Notes under the pieces: model-generated | Database searches by the model: none | Seen by the model: only the letters and a program-made list of their open reading frames with translations | What the model was told of the DNA's origin: nothing | Shown: piece by piece, positions 18,763 through 28,917 of the stretch | How the letters are laid out: every line of letters begins with the position of its first letter | How positions within the stretch are numbered: position 1 is the first letter of the stretch | Source of the DNA: Gemmatimonadales bacterium | GTDB taxonomy: Bacteria > Gemmatimonadota > Gemmatimonadetes > Gemmatimonadales > GWC2-71-9 | Assembly (NCBI GenBank): GCA_031402135.1 | Contig: JANNSC010000087.1 | Coordinates: 1-55,378, forward strand | Length of the DNA: 55,378 nt | Direction of reading: 5' to 3' | Program-made: the position numbers and the translations under genes

Positions 18763-21564
18763 CTACCGTTTGGCGTCCAGCCAGTTGTCTCCGACGCCGA
18801 CATCCACCACCAGCGGCACGGTCAGCGTCGCCGCGCCTTCCATGTGCTCCCTGAGGAGCGCCGCGACCGCATCGACCTCCGTCACCGGAGCCTCCAGCAG
18901 CAACTCGTCGTGCACTTGCAGCAGCAGGCGCGCCTTGAACCGTTGATTGATGAGGGCGCGGTGCAATCGCGCCATGGCGATCTTGATGAGGTCCGCGGCA
19001 GACCCCTGCAGCGGCGCATTCTGGGACTGTCTTTCCCCGAAGGCACGCACGTTGAAGTTTTTGTCTCGGATCTCGGGGATATAGCGGCGGCGGCCAAAGA
19101 GGGTTTCGACGTATCCCTTTTCGCGGGCCAGTTCGACCTGACGGTCAAGAAACTTTCGAACTCCGGCAAAGCGTTGGAAATATTCCGCGATGAACGCCTT
19201 GGCCTCTTCCTGGGGTATCGCCAGCTGTTTGGAGAGCGCGAAGGCCCCCTGCCCATAGATCGTCCCAAAGTTGATGGTTTTGGCCCGGGCCCGCATTTCG
19301 GAGGTGACCGCTCCGAGCGCCACACCGAAAATGAGCGAAGCGGTTTGTCGGTGAATGTCTTCGCCCTTGCGAAACGCCTCCACAAAAGCCGGGTCGCCGG
19401 AGAGGTGGGCCATGAGTCGCAGCTCTATCTGGGAATAATCTGCCACCACGAATTTCCAGGCCGGCTCCGGCACGAATCCTTTGCGAATCTCCTCGCCCCT
19501 CGGGGAGCGCACCGGAATGTTCTGCAAGTTGGGCTCCGAGGAGGAGAGCCGGCCGGTCGCGGCCCCGATTTGGTTGAAGCTGGTGTGAATGCGCCCGGTG
19601 CTGCGGTGCACTTTCTGCGGCAGCACGTCGACATAGGTTGAACGGAGTTTCTGCAGCTCGCGGTATTCCAGCAGCAGTTTCGGCATCGCGTGGCCCATGT
19701 CGGCCAGCTGCTCGAGCACGTCCGCATCGGTCGAGGGGCCGGTCTTGGTGCGTTTCAGGATCGGGAGTTGCAGCTTCTCGAACAGAATGGCGGCGAGTTG
19801 CTTCGGGCTGTTGAGATTGAGGGTTCCGCCCGCGGCTATCGCGATGTCCGCTTCGAGGCGCTGGAGGTCCGTGGACAACTCCTTGGAGAGCCGGGCAAAG
19901 ACGCCGGCGTCGATCCGGATCCCGGTCCACTCCATGTCCACCAGGACCTCAACCAGTGGCATCTCGAGACTGTCGAGCAGTGGCTGAAGTGCCGTTTCGG
20001 CCAGCTTTGGCGCAAAGAGCCGGTGCAGCGCGAGCACCGTGGCGCTGTCCGCCCCGCAGTAGGCCGCGGCGGCCTCGACCGACACCTCGGCAAAGGGAAC
20101 CTGGGTCTTCCCTTTGCCTGCCACGTCCCCGTAGCTCTGCATGGAACGACCGAGGTGGTCGAGTGCGAGCGAATCAATCGCGTGGGAACGGCGGCCCGGG
20201 TCGAGGACAAAGCTCGCCAGCATCGAGTCGTAGGCGACGCCGGCGAGCTCGACGCCCGCCCGGCGCAGCACCTGCCAGTCGTACTTGATGTTGTGGCCCG
20301 CCTTCTTCACGGCGGGATCGATGAGCAACGCAACGATCGATGCGCAGGCAGGGTCGGTCAGCGCCGGAAGGTTGGTGACCGGGGCCGGCGCGGCCAGTTC
20401 CCCGCCCCGAGGCCGGTGCCCGAACGGCAAATACCAGGCGGCGTTCGGCTCGATGGCAAAGGAAAGCCCGATCAAGTCGGCATCGTGTGGTTCCAGCGAA
20501 CTGGTCTCGGTATCGAGGGAAACAAGCGCTGCGGAGCGAAGGGTCTTGGCAAGCGCCTCGAGCGCTTCGGCGGTGTCCACAACCGTGACGGAGAGGTCGG
20601 CAGTGCCCGGGGCCGTTGCGCCGCCGTCAACTCGAGATGCCGGCCCGGTGTCGACCTCCTCCGGGCCATCGACGTATCGCTTGGCCAAAGCGTGGAATTC
20701 GAGCTGGGTCAACACCCGTCGCAGCGTCTCGTTGTCGGGTTTGCCAACCGCCGCCGATTCAACGTCGAGCGACACCGGCACATCGAGCTGGATGGTGACC
20801 AGTTCACGGGAAAGCCGGGCCTCGGCGGCGTGTTCGGCAAGCGCCTCGCGGGCTCGCTTGGCTTTTACTTCAGCGGCGCGGGCGAGCAGCGTGTCCAGGT
20901 CGCCGAATTCCTGCAGAAGCTGCACCGCACCCTTTTCGCCAATGCCCCGAACCCCCGGGACGTTGTCGGAGCTGTCGCCAACCAGGGCCAGGTAGTCCAC
21001 CACCTGGCGGGGCGGCACGCCGAGGCGGTCCGAGGCGTTGGATTCGTCGACCCAGACCTCGTCGACGCCGGCCGGTCCCCCTCGCCCGGGGTTGAGGAGC
21101 GCGATCCGCGGGCCAATCAGTTGATAGAAGTCCTTGTCACCCGAGACGATGACCACCTGGCGCCCCGCTGCGGCTTCGCGGGTTGCCAGTGTGCCGATGA
21201 CATCGTCCGCCTCATAACCAGGCACCGCAACGATCGGGATGCGAAACCCTGCGAGGAGCGCGCCGACCTGCTCGATGGCGGTATCGAAGTCGGCCTGCAG
21301 TTCGGCGTCGAGTTTCTGGCGAGTCGACTTGTAGGCGGCGTATTTCTGGGTGCGGAAGGAGTCGCCGGCGTCGAGAACCCAGACCAGGTGATCGGGGCGG
21401 TATTTCGATCGGAGCCGAAGCAGAAAATTGACGATTCCCCATGCGGCGGAGGTGTTTTCACCTCGGCTGGTGCGCAGGGGGCGGCTGATGAGCGCAAAAA
21501 ACGCGCGATAGATCAGCGCATGACCATCGACGAGGAAAAGCTGAGGTGGGTCGTGCTGCGGCAT
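18763..21564 (-). CDS. polA: DNA polymerase I
   Basis: 5'-nuclease N-terminus (LFLVDGHALIYRAFFA), 3'-5' exo (LDTETSSL), pol motif A DYSQIELR, motif B RARAKTINFGTIYG and motif C QVHDELL. Start moved to ATG 21564. Confidence 0.97.
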   Translation of the reverse strand: MPQHDPPQLFLVDGHALIYRAFFALISRPLRTSRGENTSAAWGIVNFLLRLRSKYRPDHLVWVLDAGDSFRTQKYAAYKSTRQKLDAELQADFDTAIEQVGALLAGFRIPIVAVPGYEADDVIGTLATREAAAGRQVVIVSGDKDFYQLIGPRIALLNPGRGGPAGVDEVWVDESNASDRLGVPPRQVVDYLALVGDSSDNVPGVRGIGEKGAVQLLQEFGDLDTLLARAAEVKAKRAREALAEHAAEARLSRELVTIQLDVPVSLDVESAAVGKPDNETLRRVLTQLEFHALAKRYVDGPEEVDTGPASRVDGGATAPGTADLSVTVVDTAEALEALAKTLRSAALVSLDTETSSLEPHDADLIGLSFAIEPNAAWYLPFGHRPRGGELAAPAPVTNLPALTDPACASIVALLIDPAVKKAGHNIKYDWQVLRRAGVELAGVAYDSMLASFVLDPGRRSHAIDSLALDHLGRSMQSYGDVAGKGKTQVPFAEVSVEAAAAYCGADSATVLALHRLFAPKLAETALQPLLDSLEMPLVEVLVDMEWTGIRIDAGVFARLSKELSTDLQRLEADIAIAAGGTLNLNSPKQLAAILFEKLQLPILKRTKTGPSTDADVLEQLADMGHAMPKLLLEYRELQKLRSTYVDVLPQKVHRSTGRIHTSFNQIGAATGRLSSSEPNLQNIPVRSPRGEEIRKGFVPEPAWKFVVADYSQIELRLMAHLSGDPAFVEAFRKGEDIHRQTASLIFGVALGAVTSEMRARAKTINFGTIYGQGAFALSKQLAIPQEEAKAFIAEYFQRFAGVRKFLDRQVELAREKGYVETLFGRRRYIPEIRDKNFNVRAFGERQSQNAPLQGSAADLIKIAMARLHRALINQRFKARLLLQVHDELLLEAPVTEVDAVAALLREHMEGAATLTVPLVVDVGVGDNWLDAKR

Positions 21565-21623
21565 GGCCGGTAAGCTATCAGCGGACAGGTGTCCGCTACC
21601 AGCTACCGGCCCGTCGCTGGCCG

Positions 21624-22991
21624 CTACCGGTTGGCCCCCTGCCTCATGACTTGGGCCCGCGCTCTGGAGAACTCCGCCCGTGAGGTAGGTGTCATCCGCA
21701 GCCGGGAAAATCCCAGTTGGCCGGTGAAGGTGATCGTTGCCCGGTAGTTGTTGTACACCCACTGCACAATCCGGGTGTCGTTCCCCGGGGGGGATTCGAG
21801 CGCTTGTTCGGGATCTCCCAGCGTGACAAAGACCTCACCCCGCTCGGTCCGCCACCCCGGCCCGCCTTCGTCCTTGTAGCGCTCGTTTGCGATCGCGATG
21901 CGGGTAAAGTACTGGTCCAACGCCTCATTCTCGGGTGTGTCGGGGTTGGGGTCCGTCGCGGTCCAAAACTCCCGCCACAACCGGGGGCGCTCCCCGGGTT
22001 TTGCGTTGCGGAGCGCGCTGACCCGGTCCGGCGCCCAGGGGAAATACCGCAGCAGGGCCAGGAGGTTGTCGTAGTTCGTCACCACCCAGCTGCGCGAGAA
22101 GGACACCAGGGCAACCGCCTTCTTCGCCTCGATTCCCTCCCCCACCGTCACGGTGAGCTCACCGAGCGGGGGCGCGTCCGAGGGAACCCGGATCACATAC
22201 GACTCCACCGGCAGTCCCCCCTTGAACGGAATGGAGCCGGCGTAGACCACGCTGTCGCGCTCGTCCCGCACCGCCACCTTGACCACCGTTGCCGTCGGGA
22301 ATCGATAGCCTTCCACATACATTGTCAGCGAATCGCCCCCGCCGTTGGCCACCGTGCCCCGCGGGTTGAGCAGAAGGCTCAGGGAATCTTCCACTTGTTT
22401 CCGGGTCCCCGCCTGATATACCAGGATGGGCATGGTGGTGGCGCCGGCGTGGAACCCGGGAACTTCCACCACCTTCTCGGCTCGCGAAAAAACGTTGCTG
22501 GACGGGTCGCGTACCGTCACCGCGAGTGTATAGGTGCCCGGCGACAACAAGAACCCCTGCTCGACAATGATGCTTTCGTCGTTTCGTTGGGTTTCCTGGA
22601 ACGATGCCACCCGAACGATTTCGTCGCGTACCGCCTGGATCGGGGGAAGGGCCGGGCGCACAAAGGAATACTCGACCCGAAACCGGGTGGAGAAAACACG
22701 GCCGTCGCGTTGGAACGCAAAGGCGTGGTTATCGAAGGAAAGCCCGACTCGGGCAACGGTTGAATCCCCCCGCCCCGCCACGAAGGCGACGGCGCCCACA
22801 AACGGCATTGCTCCGCCCGCTGCCAGCCGGCCCATGCGCTGGTACAGCGCCGAAAGGTTGAACAGTTCGTTGAGGGTCTGTTCCGTCGACGGCACAACCC
22901 GGCCGGAAGGGGCTCGGCCGGCCCCGCACGCCGCGGATACGAGCAGGAGGCCGAGGCATACGGTACGCTGGCGCAAGGGAGGTCTGGTCAT
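21624..22991 (-). CDS. GWxTD domain-containing secreted protein or lipoprotein
   Basis: C-terminal GPGWRTERGEVFVTLGDP (GWxTD signature). The N-terminal MTRPPLRQRTVCLGLLLVSAACG looks like a signal/lipoprotein sequence. The 707-aa track ORF is trimmed because its 5' third is antisense to a kinase gene. Confidence 0.8.
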   Translation of the reverse strand: MTRPPLRQRTVCLGLLLVSAACGAGRAPSGRVVPSTEQTLNELFNLSALYQRMGRLAAGGAMPFVGAVAFVAGRGDSTVARVGLSFDNHAFAFQRDGRVFSTRFRVEYSFVRPALPPIQAVRDEIVRVASFQETQRNDESIIVEQGFLLSPGTYTLAVTVRDPSSNVFSRAEKVVEVPGFHAGATTMPILVYQAGTRKQVEDSLSLLLNPRGTVANGGGDSLTMYVEGYRFPTATVVKVAVRDERDSVVYAGSIPFKGGLPVESYVIRVPSDAPPLGELTVTVGEGIEAKKAVALVSFSRSWVVTNYDNLLALLRYFPWAPDRVSALRNAKPGERPRLWREFWTATDPNPDTPENEALDQYFTRIAIANERYKDEGGPGWRTERGEVFVTLGDPEQALESPPGNDTRIVQWVYNNYRATITFTGQLGFSRLRMTPTSRAEFSRARAQVMRQGANR

Positions 22992-23123
22992 TCGGTTGCC
23001 GCGGAAGAGGGTGGCGACAGCTGCCGGGGCCGGCTTTCTGCAGGAGGGGACGCCCGAGGCCAGGTTGGAGCGCACGCAGCGCTTGTGACGGCCTCTCCCC
23101 GGCAGTAGTTTGGACTGCCTCCC

Positions 23124-24026
23124 ATGAGCCAAGATAATCTCGTCGGCCGCACCGTGGCCGGATACCAACTCCTCTCGCATGTGGGCGAGGGCGGCACCGC
23201 CACCGTGTATCACGCGGAACATCCGGAGCGCGGCCAGGCGGCCATCAAGGTGCTTCGGCCTCGGATGGCTCAGGACCCGGTGGCGGTCAAGCGCTTCCTC
23301 CGCGAGGCTGAGTTCGGCGCCCGGATCAACCACGAATACATCATCCGGACCTACGACTACGGCGAGTCGGACGGCTTGTATTATCTGGCCCTCGAGTGGG
23401 CCAAGGGCGAGCCACTGGCCAGTTTTCTCACGGCGGCGGGCCGGCTGGCCCCGCTGCTCACCGCCAAGATCATCGGACAACTGGGCGCGGCGCTGGCCGT
23501 GGCCCACAAGGCCGGCATCATCCATCGGGATCTCAAGCCCGCCAACATCATGTACGACCCGGAAAGCCAGACCGCCCGCCTGCTCGATTTTGGCATCGCA
23601 CGAGACGCCGAGGACAATCCCGCTGATCGGCTGACCCGCGCCGGGTTCTTCGTCGGCACCCTGCAGTATGTGGCGCCCGAGGCGCTCTCGGGTGAACTGG
23701 TCGGTGAAACGGCCGACGTCTACAGCCTCGCCACCATCGCCTACCACCTGCTGACAGGCATCCTTCCCTTCCCTGGCAAGAGTCCCCGGGAGCTGTTTCA
23801 GCAGTTGCTGACCCAGTCGCCGGTCCCGCTCAGCGACGCCGTGAAAGGACTCAAGTTCTCGCCCGCCATCGAAGCAGCGGTGATGACCGGGCTGCAGCGG
23901 GACCTCTCCAAGCGCTGGAAGACGGTCGGAGAATTTGCCGACGCCTTCTGCGCCGCAGCCGACGCCGAAGCCCCATCCAAAAAAGGCGGCTTTCTCTCGT
24001 CGCTCTTCAAGAGAGGAACCGAATGA
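23124..24026 (+). CDS. Hanks-type serine/threonine protein kinase, catalytic domain only (300 aa)
   Basis: GEGGTATVY (G-loop), AIKVL, HRDLKPANIM, DFGIARD and GTLQYVAPE. No TM or sensor domain. The stop overlaps the pyrE ATG (ATGA). Confidence 0.9.
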   Translation: MSQDNLVGRTVAGYQLLSHVGEGGTATVYHAEHPERGQAAIKVLRPRMAQDPVAVKRFLREAEFGARINHEYIIRTYDYGESDGLYYLALEWAKGEPLASFLTAAGRLAPLLTAKIIGQLGAALAVAHKAGIIHRDLKPANIMYDPESQTARLLDFGIARDAEDNPADRLTRAGFFVGTLQYVAPEALSGELVGETADVYSLATIAYHLLTGILPFPGKSPRELFQQLLTQSPVPLSDAVKGLKFSPAIEAAVMTGLQRDLSKRWKTVGEFADAFCAAADAEAPSKKGGFLSSLFKRGTE

Positions 24027-24586
24027 CCGATGCGGAGCGGCTCGCGGTTCTCCTCCGCGAGCGTTCGGTAACCTTCGGCGATTTTATTCTCTCCTCCGGC
24101 CAGCGCTCCACTTTTTATATCGACGCGCGAAAAACGACGATGTCCGCCGAAGGACTGGCCCTGATTGGGCGACTGGGGCTTTCGGCAGTGCGCGCGGCCA
24201 ACTGGGCCCCTGTGGCGGTGGGCGGGCTGACGCTCGGCGCCGACCCGGTGGCCTACGCCATCGCGAGGGCGAGCGTCGATTCCCCGCCCCAGCTGCAGGC
24301 GTTCAGTGTGCGCAAGGCGACAAAGGAACACGGAACTCGTCGCCTGGTGGAAGGCAATTTCTCCGCCGGCGATCGCGTGGTGGTCATCGAGGATGTCGTC
24401 ACCTCCGGGGGCTCGGCTCGTCAGGCAATCGAAGCAATCCGGGCTGCCGGGGGTGTCGTGCTGGGCGTTTTGGCTGTCGTCGATCGGGAGCAAGGTGGTC
24501 GCCAAGCCATCGAGATGGATGGAATTGACGTAGTTGCACTAACAACAACCACAACGCTTGGACTGTCCCAGACCACAAGGCCCTAA
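24023..24586 (+). CDS. pyrE: orotate phosphoribosyltransferase
   Basis: 187 aa with GDFILSSGQRSTFYIDAR and PRPP-binding loop VVVIEDVVTSGGS. Confidence 0.93.
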   Translation: MTDAERLAVLLRERSVTFGDFILSSGQRSTFYIDARKTTMSAEGLALIGRLGLSAVRAANWAPVAVGGLTLGADPVAYAIARASVDSPPQLQAFSVRKATKEHGTRRLVEGNFSAGDRVVVIEDVVTSGGSARQAIEAIRAAGGVVLGVLAVVDREQGGRQAIEMDGIDVVALTTTTTLGLSQTTRP

Positions 24587-25428
24587 TCCCCTCGCCCCAC
24601 CCCTTGAAGAGGACGAAACCCAGCCCATACCTGCTGGTACGGCTCCACCAGCTGTGCAAGAAATCGCTCCAGTGCCGTCGGGAAGGGAAACCGGCGCCGA
24701 AATTCTCCCGGGGTGATTCCCAACATCGCCCGAAGGGTGCGACCAAAACTCTGGGGCGACGAACAATCGAGCCGGTAGGCTACATCCGCCACCGAACGAC
24801 CCCCCCCCTCGAAATACTGGGCGGCGTACAGGAGCCGCACGGCGGCGAGGTAGGTCTTGGGGGAGGGAAGTCCGGCCCGAGCGAATCGCGACATCAGGGT
24901 GCTCGGCTTGATCCGAACCCTCGCCGCCAGCGCTCGAACCGCCGGGGACTCCGGTGCCAAGCGGATGAGCAGCTCGAGAAAGAGCCGGGCGTCTTGGGGG
25001 AGTGCCGGCAAGGCCTCGAAGACCGGGGCGAGAATCCGCGCAGCGCCCCGGCTGGAGGGTTCCGCCAGCACCTGACGCAGCCGACTCCACCCCGACGGGG
25101 CGGTGACGTCCACCACCTGGCGAACGCCGAAAGCCCCCATGCGCAGCAACATTTCGGAGGCGTCGGCGTCGTGCCGGGTGACGAGCGCAACGGTCGGAAC
25201 CCCTGGAAAGGCCCGCACCAGGCGGTCCACTTCCTCGACCCGTTCCCGGGAGCACTGCTGTACCGAAATCAGCACGGCGTCAACGCTGCGCTCGCGCACC
25301 GCGCGAACCGCCTCCGGTACCGAGTTCCGGTGCAGAACGGCAAAACACCCGACGCTGGCGGCATCGAGGCCGGCACGTTCGTTCAGTGCTAGCACGGCGG
25401 CGACGGTGGGGATGGCGGTCAGGGGCAC
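24583..25428 (-). CDS. AraC-family transcriptional regulator with N-terminal receiver-like domain
   Basis: C-terminal AraC-type HTH (SVADVAYRLDCSSPQSFGRTLRAMLGITPGEFRR). The N-terminal ~120 aa have an alternating beta/alpha pattern resembling CheY-like receivers, but I cannot locate the canonical acidic pocket. GTG start. Confidence 0.8.
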   Translation of the reverse strand: MPLTAIPTVAAVLALNERAGLDAASVGCFAVLHRNSVPEAVRAVRERSVDAVLISVQQCSRERVEEVDRLVRAFPGVPTVALVTRHDADASEMLLRMGAFGVRQVVDVTAPSGWSRLRQVLAEPSSRGAARILAPVFEALPALPQDARLFLELLIRLAPESPAVRALAARVRIKPSTLMSRFARAGLPSPKTYLAAVRLLYAAQYFEGGGRSVADVAYRLDCSSPQSFGRTLRAMLGITPGEFRRRFPFPTALERFLAQLVEPYQQVWAGFRPLQGVGRGD

Positions 25429-25632
25429 TGGCGAGCTCCGATCACGGGACCGGCCCAGTATCCTCCGACGCCGTCAACGGTTGCTCAACCTCAAGAGGGG
25501 TGCGCCCACTGCAGGCCGGCGCCAAACGCAACGAACCGCCGCCTCAGGGCATCGAATTGGATACCCGGCGGACCGCGGTCAGGGGTCCCCGGTGGACGCG
25601 TTGAACCACCGCCATCAATCCAGAGAGATTCG

Positions 25633-28600
25633 TTGAGCGAACCGGCCTCCGACCTGCTCAGCACCCTCCAACGAGCGCTCGGCCGACAGTATCGGCTGGA
25701 GCGGGAAGTTGGTCGTGGCGGGATGGGGGTGGTGTTCCTCGCCACCGATGTGGCCCTGCAACGAAGGGTGGCGGTCAAGGTGATTCACCCCGAGTTGGTG
25801 GTGAATCGCGGCTTGGCGTCCCGCTTTCTTGCCGAGGCGAGGCTGATTGCCCGACTCCGCCATCCCCACATCGTGGCGGTGCACTCCTCCGGCGAGGCCG
25901 AAGGGCTGCTGTACTACGTCATGGACTTCCACGAGGGGGAAACGCTGCGGCAGCGGCTCCTGCGGGAGAAGCGCCTCGACAGCGGTGTGGCCGTCTCGAT
26001 TGCGGCCGACCTCGCCGGGGCGATTGACGCCGCCGCGGCTGCCGGTGTGGTGCATCGCGACCTCAAGCCGGAGAACATCCTCCTCGAAGGTCCTTCTGCA
26101 GCGCCTCGCGCCTTGCTGGCCGATTTCGGCATTGCCCGCATGGTGGATGGTGTCGATGGTCCGACCGGACCCAACGCCGTCATGGGTACGCCGACCTACA
26201 TGAGTCCAGAGCAGGCGGGAGGGGAGGGGATCGACTCCCGAAGCGACCTCTATTCGCTTGGCATCGTGACCTACGAAATGCTCGCTGGCGAACCGCCCTT
26301 TGTCGGCCCGACCAGGGTCGTCATTTCCCGGCAGCTGGTCGATTCGCCGCCATCGCTGGCGCAACGCTGCCCTGAAGTTCCCCGGCCAATCACCGACGCC
26401 GTGATGCATGCCCTGGCCAAGACTCCGGCGGAGCGGTGGCAGAGTGGGGCCAGCTTTCGGCGTGCGCTGCAGGGGGAACCGACTCCAGCCGAAGTGCCCC
26501 GGCGTCGGCCAGCGCCGCGCATGGTTGCGGCGGCGTTGGTAGCGGCGCTGCTGGTAACGACGGCGATCGGGTGGGTGGGGCGGGGCAGGGGTCCGGCGCC
26601 GGCTGCTGCCAACCCACGGCTCTCGATGCTGGTGCTGCCCTTCGACAACCTCCGGGACGAGGAGGCGCTGCGCTGGCTACATGACGGCAGTGTGAACATG
26701 CTGGCGTTGGCGCTTTCCCAGTGGCACGATCTGAAGGTGGTCGAGCAGGACCGGGTGCAGGACCTCCTCAACCAACACCACATCGCCGAACTCGAGCCGA
26801 TCGGGCTCGCCATGGCGCGCCGGATGGCCAAGGAAGTTGGTGCATGGACGGTGGTTCTGGGCGACTATTTCCGGGCCGGGGATTCACTGCGGCTCACCGC
26901 GCGGGCCTACGACGTGGCGACCGGGGCCCGGCTCGAGGTGGTTGAAACCGCCGGTCAAGCCGAGGCGGACGTGCGCCCGCTCTTCGACGACCTCGCCGCA
27001 CGACTGCTTGATGTTTCCGGTGCCCCGCAGGGGCAGAGAAACTCACTGAGCCAGGTGACCACCGGTTCGCTGGAGGCGTACCGCGCCTTTCTCCAAGGGC
27101 TCGGCCACCTCAATCGTTGGGACCTGGTTCCGGCCGAAACGGCGTTTCGCCGCGCGGTTACACTCGACAGCACCTTCAGCCTGGCGTATTTCCGTCTGGC
27201 CCAGGCACGGGGGTGGATGACCGGCACCGCCGACAGCGTCGGCCGCAACGCGGTGCTGCAGGCCTCCCGGTTCGCCGAGCGGCTCCCCGACCGGGAACGC
27301 TCGATGATCTCGGCTTATCGGGCGATGCTCGACGGCGAGTACGACCGCTCCCAGCAGCTGTACCAGAACCTGCTGGCTCGAGATTCCACCGACGCAGATG
27401 CATGGTATGGGCTGGCTGATTCGTTTTTCCACGACCCGCTGACCGGCGGCACTCCCGCCGGGATGACTCGGTCGCTGCGGGCGTTTCGGCGCACGTTGGC
27501 GCTCGACCCTCGATATACGCTGGCCTACGAACACATCACCTTCCTGCTGACCGGCGCCGCCGGCCGCAATAGCCTCTATGTGCTGGTCGGGTCCGACACC
27601 TTTGCGGCGCGGAAAGGTCCGGGCCAGTCGGCGCTGGACAGCGCCTCGCTGGGCACTGCGGCGCGACGGGCCGGAGCCGATGCGGTGGGCACGGCGCGCA
27701 CCTGGGTGGCCCTGCAACCGGCCACGGCGCGGGCACATCACGCGCTGTTCGAAGCGTATTTCAGCAACGAAGCCTGGACCAACGCGTCGGAAGAGGTCGG
27801 TGAACTGCGCCGGTTGCTTCCGGCGGCGGCCCAGAATTTGGCCGGGTACCTCGAGGCCCGAGTCCGGTTTGCCAAAGGCGAGACCCGCTCCGCGGCCGAA
27901 CTGGTGCGCACCGTCACGGCGGGGTTCGGCGGCCGGGCACCGGCGCTTCCCGATTTCGGCCGGGAGTTGGTGTCCGACGTGATGGCGGGGGCTAACACGC
28001 TTGCCTATCAGGGCGACCTCGGTGGCGCCGCCGAGGTGATCGCGTTAGGTGATGCGATCCGGAGGGCGGTACCGGTTGCCGACGCGGCCCCCTCGATCTG
28101 GGATCAGGACGAGGTGTGGGAGTGGTCGCGGCTGGCCCAGCTTTACAGTGCGGCCGGGGGTCCCATCCGGGAATTGCGGCGGGTTTGGACCGAGGTTTCC
28201 CTGTCGGCGCGCCGGGGACCGAGGGCGGATCGGGCGAGTGTGGCCGGTGCAGGTGCGGCGGCGGCGGTGGGATTGTTGCTGGGGCCGGCGCTGGATGTCC
28301 GCCCGCTGTCCGAACTCGAGGCGCTGACCGGCCGTCCCGCTGCCGCCGGAGAGCGTGCCCTGCTGGCTCTGGCCCGCGGCGACAGCGGGGCGGCGCGAAG
28401 GGCGCTGTCGGATTCCAGCATCAAAGGCGCCGGTGCGGAATCAAAATCGAACGCGGTCTATCTGGGGTTTGCCGGGAACGATACCCGGCCGCTCGAGGCA
28501 GAAGCCCACTATCACTTGGGCGACTATCAGGTGACCATCGACCTGCTGGAGAGCTTCGACGAGTCGCAACTGCACCGGCGGGGGTTCGATTCCCGGTGGG

Positions 28601-28827
28601 GGCTGCTCGGCCGGATCCACCTGCTCCGGGGCCTGGCCTACGAGCGATTGGGCCACGGTGGGCGAGCCGCAACCGAGTTCAAACAGGTCGTCGCGGCGTG
28701 GGGTGGGGCCGAGGAGCCGTTGCTGGCGTTCGTCCAGCAAGCGCAGGCGGGGCTGGCAAGGCTCAAGGGATCGAGGGAGCGGGTGGGTGCGGCGGCCGGG
28801 AAGGAGGACCAGGTTAAGGTTAATTGA
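25633..28827 (+). CDS. membrane serine/threonine protein kinase with large extracytoplasmic TPR-rich sensor region
   Basis: 1064 aa with GRGGMGVVF, VAVKVI, HRDLKPENILL, DFGIAR and GTPTYMSPE. There is one TM helix (MVAAALVAALLVTTAIGWV), then about 740 aa with repeated TPR-like helical motifs. TTG start. Confidence 0.9.
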   Translation: MSEPASDLLSTLQRALGRQYRLEREVGRGGMGVVFLATDVALQRRVAVKVIHPELVVNRGLASRFLAEARLIARLRHPHIVAVHSSGEAEGLLYYVMDFHEGETLRQRLLREKRLDSGVAVSIAADLAGAIDAAAAAGVVHRDLKPENILLEGPSAAPRALLADFGIARMVDGVDGPTGPNAVMGTPTYMSPEQAGGEGIDSRSDLYSLGIVTYEMLAGEPPFVGPTRVVISRQLVDSPPSLAQRCPEVPRPITDAVMHALAKTPAERWQSGASFRRALQGEPTPAEVPRRRPAPRMVAAALVAALLVTTAIGWVGRGRGPAPAAANPRLSMLVLPFDNLRDEEALRWLHDGSVNMLALALSQWHDLKVVEQDRVQDLLNQHHIAELEPIGLAMARRMAKEVGAWTVVLGDYFRAGDSLRLTARAYDVATGARLEVVETAGQAEADVRPLFDDLAARLLDVSGAPQGQRNSLSQVTTGSLEAYRAFLQGLGHLNRWDLVPAETAFRRAVTLDSTFSLAYFRLAQARGWMTGTADSVGRNAVLQASRFAERLPDRERSMISAYRAMLDGEYDRSQQLYQNLLARDSTDADAWYGLADSFFHDPLTGGTPAGMTRSLRAFRRTLALDPRYTLAYEHITFLLTGAAGRNSLYVLVGSDTFAARKGPGQSALDSASLGTAARRAGADAVGTARTWVALQPATARAHHALFEAYFSNEAWTNASEEVGELRRLLPAAAQNLAGYLEARVRFAKGETRSAAELVRTVTAGFGGRAPALPDFGRELVSDVMAGANTLAYQGDLGGAAEVIALGDAIRRAVPVADAAPSIWDQDEVWEWSRLAQLYSAAGGPIRELRRVWTEVSLSARRGPRADRASVAGAGAAAAVGLLLGPALDVRPLSELEALTGRPAAAGERALLALARGDSGAARRALSDSSIKGAGAESKSNAVYLGFAGNDTRPLEAEAHYHLGDYQVTIDLLESFDESQLHRRGFDSRWGLLGRIHLLRGLAYERLGHGGRAATEFKQVVAAWGGAEEPLLAFVQQAQAGLARLKGSRERVGAAAGKEDQVKVN

Positions 28828-28917
28828 GGTTGCCGGTCCGGGCGGCAGAAATCTTGCGTCGCTGGGAAATCTCGTGCCCGGATCACCAAGCCCGATCGCA
28901 CAAGGAGACCCCCCCAA

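Noticed and set aside
22992-23747. 5' third of the 707-aa ORF 21624..23747, which would make a much larger GWxTD protein.
   Set aside because: This part is antisense to a bona fide Ser/Thr kinase gene (23124..24026) and has no signal peptide. An internal ATG at 22991 gives a proper signal/lipoprotein N-terminus.
28583-28593. GGTTCGATTCC, a tRNA T-loop-like string.
   Set aside because: The flanks form only a 3-bp T-stem and there is no acceptor or anticodon arm. It lies in frame within the kinase sensor domain (RRGFDSRWG). I found no tRNA or rRNA genes in the window by eye.
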